From contig OZ024751.1 in assembly GCA_964016885.1 (NCBI GenBank), forward strand, positions 5,952,001 to 6,016,000: 64,000 nucleotides of DNA, read 5' to 3'. The stretch comes from Eledone cirrhosa (Eukaryota). The position numbers were made by a program, and so were the translations under genes. Below, piece by piece: positions 43,880 to 56,926 of the stretch. Every line of letters begins with the position of its first letter. Within the stretch, counting starts at the first letter, position 1. Below the pieces are notes generated by a model. That model was not told where the DNA came from and searched no databases. It saw only the letters and a list, made by a program, of their open reading frames with translations.

Positions 43880-44540
43880 ACACATGATGGCTGCAAACTC
43901 TGCTAAGATTATTGCAATCGCTTCTCAGATTATAGAGTTTAGTGAACTTTTAGGCTACCGCCAGCCACGTGAAACTGTTACATGTCCTGATCAAGCAATG
44001 CGCGTGCGTGAAGATTTTTATAAAGTGAGGAAAGACAGTGCACTGAGCCAACCCCACTCTCTAAGTGACAGTAGCTATAACCCGAAAAGAAGAAAAGGCC
44101 AACATCATCGGTAACTACTGAGCCGCAGGTTTTATGTCAGAGTTATCCCAGTTTCCTGAGTTGCCTTCTCCTAGAAGAATGCCCTGACAAAAGCTAGGGA
44201 TCCTTCACTCCCAGTGGTTTAACCGCGCGATTGGGTATCCAGCCCGACTATTTCTATGTCCCCGCGCATATACATACACATGCACACATGCAAATACATA
44301 TATATACATATATATACATATACCTACATATGTACATGTATATATACTTATTTACACATTTCTGGATGGCCGTTGATTCTTATGAATTCTTCCGCCTTTT
44401 ATAAGGTTTTGTTTTTTGTCCTGCTGGATGTCCAAAATCACCCTCCACACCAAGTAAACTTGGTGGGGTTGCCGGTTTAGTCGCTTATGACCCGACCATG
44501 CAACAGGTTGTACTGGGTTACATGTTACCAGTAGCACTCA
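43880..44540. repeat. About 0.65-kb interspersed repeat of unknown class (copy 2)
   Basis: Colinear with 18370-18952. Confidence 0.85.
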
Positions 44541-44599
44541 AGAGTGACTCGACACATACATACATACATTCATACATAGATACATACATACTTTCGTAC

Positions 44600-45130
44600 G
44601 GAACGCACTTCGGAAAACAAAATTAACAACAAACGAGGAAAAATATATTGAGACAGGTGGCACTAAGGTATACTGGTGGAACTTGAAAATAAAAATTGCC
44701 ACCAAATTAAAACGCAACCGGCCTGATATTGTTGTTTGGGATCACACATTGAAAACGTGTTCTGCTGTGGAGATCAGCTGCCCACTTGATGTAAACGTTG
44801 TCAGAAAAATACAGGAGAAGGAGGACATCTACGGACCATTGATGAGGAGTTTACAAATCCAGTATCCAAGAAACACCTTTAGCTTCATACCCATCATTAT
44901 TGGAGCTACGGGCTATATACCAACCCGCTTGGACCAAAGTATGACTGAACTTGGATTTGCGGACAAAGAGCGCAGCTCCCTAATTCATAGTCAAGAAATG
45001 GCTGCGATAGCTGGCACCTTCAACATTTGCAAAACATTCTTGTGATTCAAGGGATGACAATTTTTTTCTTTTACAACCTTGCCACCAGTAAGGTGGCCGG
45101 TCAAAAAAATATACTGGAAATTAAGAGAAA
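44600..45130 (+). mobile_element. 3' fragment of an RLE-type LINE (R4/Dong-like)
   Basis: NRPDIVVWD...VEISCPLD...EKEDIY...FIPIIIGATG, a PD-(D/E)xK-type C-terminal endonuclease. Confidence 0.8.
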
Positions 45131-45508
45131 GAGATAACGTACGCATGTATGTATAGTGAGAGAGAGTGATGGAGAAAGAGATAATAAGCGAGAGTGCGTG
45201 CACACATACACATATATACACACACACACACACTCTCTCTCTCTCCCAAACACACGTGTATAAGAGTGCATTTTTATTTTGCATCTTTATCGAAATCTTA
45301 TGCCTTACAATAATTTGTTTCGTGCAAATACTTTAGGTGTTTACATGTGAGATAATAGGGTTCTACTGGAAATCAAATGTTTTTTTCTGCCTAATTATAT
45401 TGATACGGTTTTACCGGTGAGAATGTTATTGTGATTGACGAAAGAACTCAGATAAACTATAATTTTGATTGTTGGTCAATCAATGATAAACATTGATGGT
45501 CAGCTGAA

Positions 45509-45562
<54 letters not shown>

Positions 45563-46209
45563 GAAGCGAAAACCAACCCCAACCAAACAGTGAGAGTATG
45601 CCATTAAGCGACTGAGAAATAAAGACTCACAATCCTGCCCCCCGTCACACTGGACATCGCAGGATGAAACTCCTCAGTTTTTGTTGGTATTCACATTAAG
45701 CTGAGTAAACTGGAGCAACTTGAAATGAAGTGCATTGCTCAAGAACTCAACACACCATTCAGTCAAGGAATCGAACCCATGACATTATGGTCGTAAATCC
45801 AACACCCTTACCATTAGGCTAGGCGCGTCCATGCATATGCTAATGGAATAAATATTTGATGATAAATAATGGAGATGTTTCTAAAGGGAACATATAAGAG
45901 ACTCTAAATACAATGATTAATTAACACTTTAAGGTGACATAAATAACATGCACGGCAATGACTTAGTTGTTAAAATCAACAAATTTTAGACATGGAAACA
46001 TTAATGCCATATAAACTAATATCCCTCCCATATATATTTGTTTACGTAACGTATCCCAAAGTAAAAGGAGCATTGCGATCATCTCACTGAATATATACTT
46101 ATATGGACGAATATATTTGAATATTTATTATAACGAAATAGCACAGACGGTATTATGGTAAATATAAACATATAATATAATCTTAAAATGACACATATGT
46201 AACACTATG

Positions 46210-46270
<61 letters not shown>

Positions 46271-47073
46271 GATGTCCCACTGCGGACTTTGTAATATGGA
46301 GCTATTCCATATTTTAAGGTACGATAAAATGCTGCTTAACAGCAAAATAGAAAGATCAATTTTCTGTATGCATCAAATAGGTACCAAGTTCACAAATTTC
46401 AAACCACCATGATTCGAGCCAGCAATCCCAAAATTAGAACTGAACCACCTGGATTTTAACGTATCGAATACACACCATCACATCGCGATTAGCTGTCAAA
46501 CGGCCAACTGGTCACTAGATCATAAATCTCTTAACATCTCTTTCACCCTCTCTCCCTGAAACCGCATCAACCCCATTAAGACAAAACAATCCGCAAAACA
46601 TTTACCACAAACATTTGTCAAAACTCCTTTCACCATCCACCCTTAGCCCTTGGGTCTCATACTAGTATCTCCCAATTAATCTCTATTTCAAAGCTTTTTC
46701 TTTTATCTGTCACTACCTCAGACTCTACACGTATCTATGTATGTTTCAAATATGACTTTTCATGTTAGCACTAAACCCACCACAGCATCCTTATACAGAC
46801 ACGTATTCACCACCACCACTATCATATTCTGTACTTATATGCTCTCACTCATCCTTATTTCTTTATATTTCTATTATTTCTATTTCTATTATTTTCTTAC
46901 TTTTTTTACTGTATCTTTTTTCTTATGTTTTACTTTTTACATCTGTAACTCCTCTACCTATTTATCATATATATTTTATTATTGATGTTATTGTTTTGAT
47001 TATACGCGCTGTCTCTATATATATGTTGCCTTGTATGAATTATTTTTGTATTCTGAGGATTTTATCAGAGGTA

Positions 47074-47263
47074 AATAATTGTTTCTACTTTTGGCACGAG
47101 GCCAGCAATTACCCAGTGCATTACTGGTACTTTATTTTATCGACCCCGTAAGGATGAAAGGCAAAGTTAACCTCGGCGGGATTTGAACTCAGAATAGCAA
47201 GGCCCGTAACGCAATGCGTCAAAGCATGGCGTCCTACCCTCTACCGATACTGCCAATCCACCG
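47074..47263 (-). mobile_element. Full-length tRNA-derived SINE (Meta-like central domain)
   Basis: Near-identical inverted counterpart of 48271-48460. Confidence 0.85.
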
Positions 47264-47602
47264 AAATAATATAATGGAGATCGAATGACGCTCACTTCGA
47301 GCGATTAGCGGATCAATGTAACAAATGTTAATACTTGAAATAAAACCCCTTGTTGTACAGCTAACCATGTTACTCTTCATTCTTTACTATTTTTACTTCA
47401 ATTATAACCTACATAGGAATTACCGCGAATTCGCTGTCTAACTATGGAAACATCTTGTTGAGTTAAACAAAGCCGTACGTTAAAACTATCCACGACGCAG
47501 ATTACTAACAACCTCTAACTGGATTACCTATAACGATAACTTGTTACCCCATATATATATATATACATATATATACATATTTATACATACACACACACCC
47601 AC

Positions 47603-47643
<41 letters not shown>

Positions 47644-47671
47644 CATACATATATATCTCTCTCTATATATA

Positions 47672-47920
47672 TAGTGGTAAAAACACCGGAATGTTATATC
47701 CAAAATTGGTAGAGCACTCAGACCAAAGGATGTTTTTGGTATAGCGATGGTTCCACACAAACATTACTAAACCATATACGAGTAGAAGTACCTTCGTGTG
47801 AAAAGCGTGTTCTCACGTATGGTTTGTTAACTGTTGTGGAACCAACTTTATACCGAAATCAACCTATTCACTGAGTGTTCTACTTACTACGGATATCACC
47901 TACCAGTGTTCTACCACAGA
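47672..47920. repeat. Old, imperfect about 250-bp palindrome in TA repeats
   Basis: Nested pairs GTAGAGCACTCAG/CTGAGTGTTCTAC, TGGTTCCACA/TGTGGAACCA, AAACCATA/TATGGTTT. Confidence 0.75.
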
Positions 47921-48011
47921 CTATATATATATTACTCTTTTACTCTTTTACTTTTTTCAGCCATCCGGCTGAGGCCATGCTGGGGCACCGCCCTTGATAT
48001 ATATATATATA

Positions 48012-48197
48012 TTTATTAAAATAACAGATTAAAGTTTGAGCAAAGAATCGCTGCTTTCACCCTTAACGGGATCCTCTAAGTCTAAAAAGAATCAATCTGC
48101 GTTCACAGTTTGATTTTTTTTTTTAGTTTCAGAAGATCCCGTTAAGGGTGAAAGCAGTGATTCTTTGCTTAAACTTTAATATGTTATTTTAATAAAT
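48012..48197. repeat. Foldback element with about 75-bp arms, each an HHR variant
   Basis: 48012-48087 versus 48121-48197. Confidence 0.88.
48125..48175 (+). ncRNA. Hammerhead variant (CAGAAGA core); sister copy at 48033-48083(-)
   Basis: AGTTT-CAGAAGA-t-CCC-gttaa-GGG-t-GAAA-GCA-gtgattctt-TGC-TT-AAACT. Confidence 0.68.
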
Positions 48198-48270
48198 ATT
48201 TGCTCTAGGGTTATTATATATTTGATATATATTTATCCTTATCGAGCCTTCTTTGGATTTTAGTCTTCGC

Positions 48271-48460
48271 AGTGGATTGGCAGTATCGGTAGAGGGTCGG
48301 ACGCCACGCTTTGACGTATAGAGTTACGGCCCTTGCCATTCTGAGTTCAAATCCCGCCGAGGTTAACTTTGCCTTTCATACTTACGGGGTCGATAAATAA
48401 AGTACCAGTAATACACTGGGTAATTGCTGGCCTTGTGCCAAAAGTAGAAACAATTATTAT
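48271..48460 (+). mobile_element. Full-length tRNA-derived SINE with (ATT)n tail
   Basis: A-box TGGCAGTATCGG, B-box GAGTTCAAATCCC, core GCCTTTCAT...GGGGTCGATAAATAAAGTACC, end GTAGAAACA(ATT)n. Confidence 0.85.
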
Positions 48461-48490
48461 TACTAATATATATATATATATATATATATA

Positions 48491-48921
48491 TTGGTAAACG
48501 GAATAGAAAATGCTGACAAATTGTTCACAGTTGAAAAATGGTTTAATTAGGAATAAAAGAGTATTAGTGATTGTATGGGTTAGTATTCAGTTGTGGTTTT
48601 AAGTTTTTAAGTTTTTACCGGTTGCGCATTTCTAAATGCTTTTCAAAAATAATTTTGAGATAGAGTGTCCGTGCTGTTTGCTCTGATCTGGGCAAACAGC
48701 ACGGACACTCTATCTCAAAATTATTTTTGAAAAGCATTTAGAAATGCGCAACCGGTAAAAACTTAAAAACTTAAAACCACAACTGAATACTAACCCATAC
48801 AATCACTAATACTCTTTTATTCCTAATTAAACCATTTTTCAACTGTGAACAATTTGTCAGCATTTTCTATTCCGTTTACCAATATATAATAACTTATGTG
48901 TTACACCTCTATTCTTTTAAC
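48491..48921. repeat. Apparently perfect about 390-bp palindrome (10-nt loop), same family as 19437-21195
   Basis: Centre GCTGTTTGC-tctgatctgg-GCAAACAGC. Arms 48491-48681 and 48692-48882. Confidence 0.93.
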
Positions 48922-49079
48922 TATATATATATATATATCTATATATATATATACATATATATACATATATATAACGAATAAATCCTCATTAACAAGGATA
49001 AGTGATATAATAGGGTTTTATTCCAAGCATCATATGTTTCATCGCTTAGTATGCACATGATTATGTCTTATATATATGT

Positions 49080-49113
<34 letters not shown>

Positions 49114-50597
49114 GCACGGCGTCACAGTTCAGGAAATACTTGAAACCTGGAATGATCGTCATCCCAATATTACTGCATCTTGATCTTTTATTGGAAATTA
49201 AATGCCACCCACCCCGAAAAAAAAAATACATGCAGGAGAACCATACATAGCATGACGCCTCACACTTTTCTAACCATAGTGGAAATGTATATCTGTGTGT
49301 CTGAAGACAAAAATATTGGTGAGTCATTCCTTCCTAGCACCATATCCACTCAATGCAAACTTGGCAGGGTTGATATATTGTTTGGAGATAACATTTGTAC
49401 AGTTATAAAAGTTTGATCTCTCGATGTGAATATTTATTTAAATTCAGCGAGTAAATAATACATATTTACTAACAAGATTCTAATGATGCACGTGAACATG
49501 CAATTAGTTGTACCTGGTATTATTACTATTGAAACGCCGTCTTTGTAAAGAAAAAAGTAGTCTGCTAACAGGCAATTTGTAAATACATTCTATCCATAGA
49601 GAATTTGATATTCATGTAAATAAATAAGACCGTTCATTGCCCTAACTCATAAACAATGTCTCAGATTGCCATAAACAAGACACTCAGAAAACACCATGAG
49701 CCTGCACTCGTAATCCTCACTAAACTATCCCCCGACCTGCAATCCGGATTTTGTTAAAAAGATCATGGACATACCAGCCACCAAATGGGTAAAAACAGGC
49801 GTTATCAAGCGGCAGCTGTCATATTACGTAGTTTATGTCTAATTAAACTAAAGTTCAACATTTAAATCTTCACCGTTCTTGTTATCTGAGGTCTGAAATA
49901 ATGCCTAGCAATAAGCTAAAAGATTTTGTTTTTGTTAGATAAGAAGACTAAAACCAGCTATACATCGATCCACTTCCGAAACACCTTTAATCCGTAAAAA
50001 ACAAACACAAAAACATTCTTTCTAACCTACAATAAGTGTAAAAATGTTCCAATAGATTTTTCCTTCATGATTAGACATACTAAATGTCATTACTGTCAGA
50101 GAGAACCTCGAAAGGTTACTGGAGTACATTGTTTTTATTAAACGAAAATTAGAAACAGCGTTCTTACGCTTATTCGAAAAAAATACATTTCTCAGATAAA
50201 TTTCGAACGAATGTAATTTTACATGCCAATTAGATAATACAAATCAAATATATTTAAACGTTACTGTTTATGTTATCATATGTTAAGAATGTCTTTTAAC
50301 ATGATACTACATTTGAACGATTAGTATTTTAATAATTAGCTTAACGGCTTAATTAGAATTATGTAATATAAATATGTGCGTATCAATAATTAATCCATTC
50401 CTTATCGTTTCTTGTCTAATTCATGCTTTATCAACTTTTATGTTTAGAGAACGCTGAATAGATGTCGAAAGAGTGTCTCATGCACTATGAAAGTCATGTA
50501 TAAAACCATCGTATAAAGATGTAAGGACTTATGTCTTTCTTCCCTGGTAGTATAAAACTAGGCACTACTACTACTACTACTATCATTATTATTATAT

Positions 50598-50835
50598 TGG
50601 TAGAGGGTCGGCTGAGCGTCGGATATAATGCTTTGCAGCATAGACTTACGGTCCTTTTATGAGCTGAGTTCGAATCCCGCCGAGGTTAGCTTTGCCTTTC
50701 ATCCTTACGGGGTCGATAAATAAAGTACCAATAATGCACTGGGGTCGATTTAGTCGACTTTCCCATCCCCTCTTAATTGTTGGCCTTGTGCCTTAAGTAG
50801 AAACAATTATTATTATTATTATTATTATTATTATT
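50598..50835 (+). mobile_element. tRNA-derived SINE whose (ATT)n tail abuts the Tx1 array
   Basis: B-box GAGTTCGAATCCC, same core, ...AGTAGAAACA followed by about 10 ATT units. Confidence 0.85.
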
Positions 50836-51035
50836 GAGTCTTTTTGCTTTCTGCCGTAAGTTCACTTATTTACCTATCAAAACTGATTTTTTGAATTTTT
50901 GTTGTTGTGTAAAGCATACAAGCCCTTGGACTTTGACCTGTGAAGGGGAAAGTATAATACTCGGGCCTTTTGGCCCATATATTTGAACTTTTTTTACATT
51001 TTAAAAAATTTACGAAGAAAAAAAAAAACAAAAAC

Positions 51036-53015
51036 ATGGCTGAGCCCCCCCCCCCCCAGCTATATGTCTGCTGTCGTGCGACAACGACCTAGAAGTTGAG
51101 AGGAGCGCTACAGCGAAATTAGTACAAATTGATAACACAAACACCACCACAAACAATGTAAACAAAGACACCAATGATACCAATGAGAACTTTAATTTTG
51201 AAAAAAATGACAGTAACAGCGACAACAAAATACAGATAACAAAAAAGAAAATGACAAATGCAACAACAATATCAACACCACTAACATGAAAACGAATATC
51301 GACAACACCAACAGCAACAATACCAACTGTACCGAGAACAACGGTGGCAACAAAGACAACAATGATAACAGCGACAGTGATAACAACAACACCAACAAGG
51401 ACAACGACAACGACAACAACACCCCCAACGAAAACAAGAAGAATACTTTCGCTGCGGCAGCAGCATAAAAGAGGCCATGCTTCAACATGGACGTCTCAAA
51501 CAAAGATGAAAAGTTGGCCCAGGCATGGAAGCTCATCAAGCAAGAGCAAACCTGGGCCAACTTAACTGTCCCGGTAGAAGCTATTGAGGCAGTGGAGCGC
51601 AGAACGGTACATTATAGATGCATCTCACCACAAACCAAAAGGGCAGCTTTAATCCCACAAGCAGATGTCGAAGTCGCGCTGAGATGCATCAGAGAAGACA
51701 CAGAATACATAGCGAGGGGAAGACAGTACAGCACCATTTCGGTGTTGTTCAAGTCAGAAGCCCTCGCTATGAAACACGCTATGACTCCTTGCAAAACCAG
51801 CAAGGTCATAATGTACTCCTCCCACATGGGAACAAGAACGGCTCGTCTCCGCATTCCCAGAATCCCACCAGGACTTGACATGTGGTGGCTTCTGGGATGT
51901 GTGATTGTGGAGGGGACGGATACCGTCCCTATAGAAGTGACCAGAGAGGACTGGTCCGGGGTTGACCTGGAGATCCTTCTCCAGATCAGGCCCGAGAATG
52001 TGAAGACAATCCCGGACCACATCCGCCTTCAGAATGGGACGGTCATTCACATTATGACTGAAGGCAAAAGGCCGCAGTGTTTTGTTTGTGGGAAAAAAAC
52101 CCATTTGCGAGCCTTCTGCCCTCAACTGCTGAAAGAGGCAAGGGGTCGAAAGGCTCCACTGCTGCCGACGCCGGGGTGAGGACCACAACCAACACCAGCG
52201 ACGGCAAAACCACCACCAACAACACCAATAGAAAGACCACCACCAATATTGACCACCCAGTGAGGAAACGAGGAAAGCTGTCAAATTGCCCCTCCCCCCC
52301 AAATTACACACACCAATAAAACCATAAACATACACACAGACAGACTTACAGACACAGACCCCTCATCTACCAGTAGTGAAGATGAGGGAAAACCAAAATC
52401 CCCCAAAATACAAAAAAGGAAACACAAAAAGAAAAAAAAAACTCAACAAAGCACAAAATCACCCACAATGAAAAAAACGCAGACACCACCCACGCAAACA
52501 TCTCTCCAATAACACCGACATCAACACCACCATCACCATCACTAGAATCCCCCAAACGCAAACAACCTAAACAGACGCAAGAACAAATATACACACAAAC
52601 ATCTGAAACCACAGACACCGCACTCACAACAAACACAGACACAACCGAAACAACACCACCAAAACCATCACTACCACAGTCACGCAAACAGATAAAATCA
52701 CACCAACAAAACATACAAAACTTCATGCTCGTCAGGAGGGCCAACAAGTAACTGATGGCCCGCGTATCACGAAGTGAAAATATACAAAAAGAGAGGGACA
52801 TTTTTAAATCGAGCACATTTCGCGTGCCGGAAGATTTGATTCTGGTGCGAATGTTGCTCGATTTATACAAAGAAATACGAGACGGCTTTCCTCGGGACGT
52901 GGGAACCCCGAACGTAAAACACACTTCAAGACTTTTAAAGGGGTTCCCAAAAGAAACCCCACCAACTATGGAGGTCGAACCACCCGACCTTCACAAGAGC
53001 CCGGAAGGTAAGTAA
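51036..53015 (+). pseudogene. Tx1 copy 1 ORF1 (N/T-rich N-terminus, zinc knuckle), disrupted
   Basis: Pieces at 51286-51468, 51487-52179 (CFVCGKKTHLRAFC) and 52755-53015. Confidence 0.8.
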
Positions 53016-53047
53016 ACCTTTCCTCTCTCTCTTTTTAACCTGCCAAC

Positions 53048-56000
53048 ATGGCTGTATTAAGAGTAGGATGTTTAAATGTTCGAGGCCTGGGTCGTCCTGG
53101 AAGCAGGGTCACCTGCTCAACGACCTCAGGTCTCTAGAAATGGATGTAATTGCCGTCAGCGAGACCAGGATTTCCGACACACGCGCACTAGAACACAGTT
53201 TCGACGACTATCAGATCTTTGCATCTGTTAGCCGGCCGGGAATGGGAGGCGGGGTGGCAGTGCTGTTTAGGAAAGGCCTGGATCTCGAGGTAAGGTCGAT
53301 CTTCTGGGACCCGGACGAGAAGTTGGTGGACCTGAAAGTGAACAATAACGAAGGTGGTGCCTTTAGACTGGTGGCCGTCTATGCTCCTACTGGGGCAGGA
53401 CGGCCGGACTTCTTTAGACGCCTGGAAGTCTTTCTGTTTACATCTCACCCTTTACTGTTAGCGGGGGACTGGAACGCTGGGAGTGTGTGGGAGTATCCGA
53501 TAGGAGCGGGGGGTCAAAAGACTCAAGAACCTGATCAGCCAGTTCCAACTGTCTGACAGGTACCGACTAGATTTCGCTAATGCGCCAGTGTGGACCTGGA
53601 CTAACCGCATAGGGTCATCTAGATCGTATATAGACAGGATATTCATTAGGAAAATAGACAGAAATAGTGTAAGCTGTCCACGTTTTAAACGGTTGCCTAT
53701 TCAAATCACAAGTTTGTGATCTGTATGGTCGACCTAGATAAGACGCGTAGGTTAGAACCTGGTTACTGGAAGCTAAACATGTCATTTCCGGCACGTAAGG
53801 CTTACAGGGACCAGGTCAACAATTTAGTTAAGAAAAAGTTGACAGGGGGAGTCGTCAACAATAGATGGTGGGGGGCTCTCAAAAGAGAGATTAGAGTAAT
53901 GTCGATAGAGTTTAGCAAAGAAGTAGCGTTAGAGAAAAATAGAAAGGAGGGGGAGTTGGTAGATAAGTTAGACGAGGCTATTGGTAGTGGCATTGCAACT
54001 GACCTGCTAGCGGCGAGAATGGCACTATACCATTTCTTCAATGCGAAACACGAAGGCTGCATTGTCAGAGCTAAGGCGCGTGCTCTGAGAAACGAGTGAA
54101 CCAAAGCTGTTCGATGGGCCCGCGTGGCAGAGGCGCAGCGTGGTAATAAAACCACGATTCGGTCTTTGACGGACCGAGACGGACACGAGCTGAGCGATTC
54201 CAAGCGGATGTGTGAGGCCTTTCGCCAACATTTTGCTCGGTTGTTCGGGGGAAGTGGCGGGTCAGAGATGGTGGTGGACTTCAGTCCCTACTTCGATGGC
54301 TTGCCGCAACTCTCGACGGCTGACGCTGGGCGCTGCGAAAGGCCAATTACTTCAGCCGAGATTCAGGATGCCCTTGTCGGCTGCATGAGGCGCAAGTCAC
54401 CCAGTTTGGATGGTCTGCCCTACGAGCTTTAAGTAAATATGCCACACTTGTTCTCCAATCTCCTCGAAGCCCTCTACTGCAACTGGCAGCAAAATGGGAG
54501 TGTTCCCAGTTCTGTGAGCCGGGGCGTAGTGACGCTGATAAGGAAAGACGAGAACAAGAGGGACACATTAGACAATTTCAGGCCCATAACTCTTCTCAAC
54601 ACAGAGTTTAAGATTTTGGCCAGTGTGTTAGCGAAGAGGTTCGCGCTTGTTGTCGGGGATTTGGTTGGGGAGGTGCAAACTTGCGCAATCCCAACCAGGT
54701 CCATACACGACAAACTCCACCTAATGCGATACATCATAGAGAGGGTCGGGTGTAAACCTGGCTTCGGTGGGGCTCTGATCAATTTAGATCAATCGAAAGC
54801 ATTCGATAGGGTCGACCATCGGTAGGTGGAGGCTGTCCTCAAGGCGGCTGGCTTCGGCCCCGTGTTCAGAAGCTGGATCGCTGCAATGCACAGCGGTACA
54901 TGCTCGATGGTCAAAATTAATGGCCACCTCTCGGAACCGTTTCATGTCTCCCGATCGGTCCGTCAAGGGTGCCCTCTCTCCTCCCTTCTGTACGTATTGA
55001 CTCTCGAGCCTTTACTGCGGAAGCTGGAGCTGTTGCAGGGCATCCCGCTCGAAGCGGGACGCGGAAAGGCTGTGTCGGCTTAAGCGGACGACATCACCGT
55101 GATTGTGTCGGACACCTCAGAAATCGAGGTGGTCAGCAACTTATTGGAGGAATATGAAAGGCTGACGGGAGCAAAACTTAACCGGGAAAAGTCGGTGGGC
55201 TTGCAACTCGGCACCCGGAGAAGCAAGTCCATGCCGTCCAACAGCGTCGTTAGGCGCTGGACGGACCAGTAAGGTTGCTCGGGGTTTGCTTCGGGTCAGA
55301 CCTCCAGGTGGATAAGAACTGGGACGAGGTGACGGGCAGGGTAGCTAGTCTCACCCAGAAATGAGCTGGGATGAAGCTATCACTGAAAGGTCGGGCGGAG
55401 GTCGCGAACGCGTACATCGCGTCCGTCATCTACTACCTTCTGCCCGTCATCCCTTGCCGCCGTTCGCGCCTCGCCATCTTGGAGCGGCTCCTCTTCAAAT
55501 TCTTGTGGAGGGGTCAGGTTCCGCTGGTGAGGCGGTCCATCTGCTGCCAGCACCCTCTACATGGAGGGCTGGGCATGCCGTGGATAATGAGGCACAGGAA
55601 CGCGCTGAGGCTGCGGCATCTCCAGATATTCTGCCTAAACGGTGAACAGGTGTGGTCGCCGTTTGTCAGACGGACATTTCCGCAGCTCGTTTCTTTGACT
55701 GAGCTGCAGTCCTGGGTGAAGAAGAGACCAAGAGTGGGTGACCGGCATCTGGAATGTTGCCAGGCACTCACTGCCCTCTACCAGGCGGGAAATGCGGTCA
55801 GTGGAACTTCCACTATCGAGTTCTATAGAGGATTAGTGGTGGGGAGTGCGACGACGCACTCGGAGAGGCTCTGGGAGTCAACGAAGGCGAACTAACCAGT
55901 CTGTACTAGAGGACTTTCGAGCCGGGGACGATGGATACTTTCCAAAAATCCCTCGCTTGGCAGTGCTACCGGGGGCACTGCCGGTTCGAGATAAACTCTA

Positions 56001-56440
56001 CAGGCACGGAAGTGCTGTCAGACGGATCTGCCCGGAATGCGCACAGAGCGACGAAACCGTTCTGCACGCACTCGTCCAGTGTCCGTTCATTACTGACTTG
56101 TGGAGTTATGTTGAACAGCTGTTGTCGCGTGCAGAACGGATCCGGCTATCGGCCGAGTCCATAGTGAAGATCGACCCGCCGCCTTCTTTTGGCCAGGCTA
56201 TTTTCCTCTGTCTGGTGGCATTAGCGAAAGAGGTTGTATGGTGGACGAGGTTGAAAGGACTGAAGACAGACACTTTTCTCTTCGGCCAATCCCTCATCAA
56301 CTTTTTCAAGTTTCACTTGGAAAGGAAGGTGAGGGTTGAGAGAGAAGTGCTGCCCCCCAGTACATTTTCTGAAAGGTGGGTGAATGTGGCGAGAATGGCC
56401 CGTGTGTGTGGGCCTACTCTGGTCATGCGGCTGTGGGTAG
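53048..56440 (+). pseudogene. Tx1 copy 1 ORF2 (APE + RT + zf), disrupted
   Basis: Fragments colinear with 59035-62454. The YADD codon is mutated to *ADD at 55081. Confidence 0.92.
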
Positions 56441-56926
56441 GTATATTTGAGGAAGAGAGGAGGTGCCCTTCCAGGGTGCTCTCGAAGCGTCGGGTCGTTC
56501 AGGATTGGTGGGGTACCTAAGCGAACCCTGGGTGGTCATCCCCCCTATTGGGGAATTTTTTCTTGTGGTAATTTTAATATTACTTTGTTACTGTGATTCA
56601 TATAGTTTACTCGATTTTTCTGTAAAACCCCACTGTCCCAGTCTTTTGTATTGTCCCCTATATGTCGGCCCTTGTGGCCAATAAATGAAATCATTATTAT
56701 TATTATTATTGAATGCCATGGTTGACGGAGGCTCGGCTCTGTAAGGTATAGTAATTTTTAACCGTTAAAACAATTGTAAATTGTTTAAAACTTGAACCAA
56801 ATTGTTGATAAAGACACCCTCCTCCTCGTGAGAGGGGTCTTTCTGTCCGTTATTTGGCCCTTCGGGGTTAAATAACCAGTTATTGGGGTTTTGTACCCAA
56901 AATTTCATTTTAAACAAAAAAACAAC

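Larger units (their letters stand above)
50836..56692 (+). mobile_element. Tx1/L1-clade LINE copy 1, full length, decayed
   Basis: ORF1 with CX2CX4HX4C knuckle; ORF2 EN-RT-zinc finger broken by stops and frameshifts; 3' end AATAAATGAAATC-(ATT)6. Confidence 0.92.

Noticed and set aside
47074-48460. Inverted pair of about 190-bp sequences as TIRs of a 1.4-kb DNA transposon
   Set aside because: Both are copies of the abundant SINE; no transposase or target duplication seen.
56810-56842. TCCTCGT motif in the Tx1 5' UTR resembling the HDV-like ribozyme L3 loop
   Set aside because: Flanks do not form P3 or the nested double pseudoknot; it folds as a simple hairpin.
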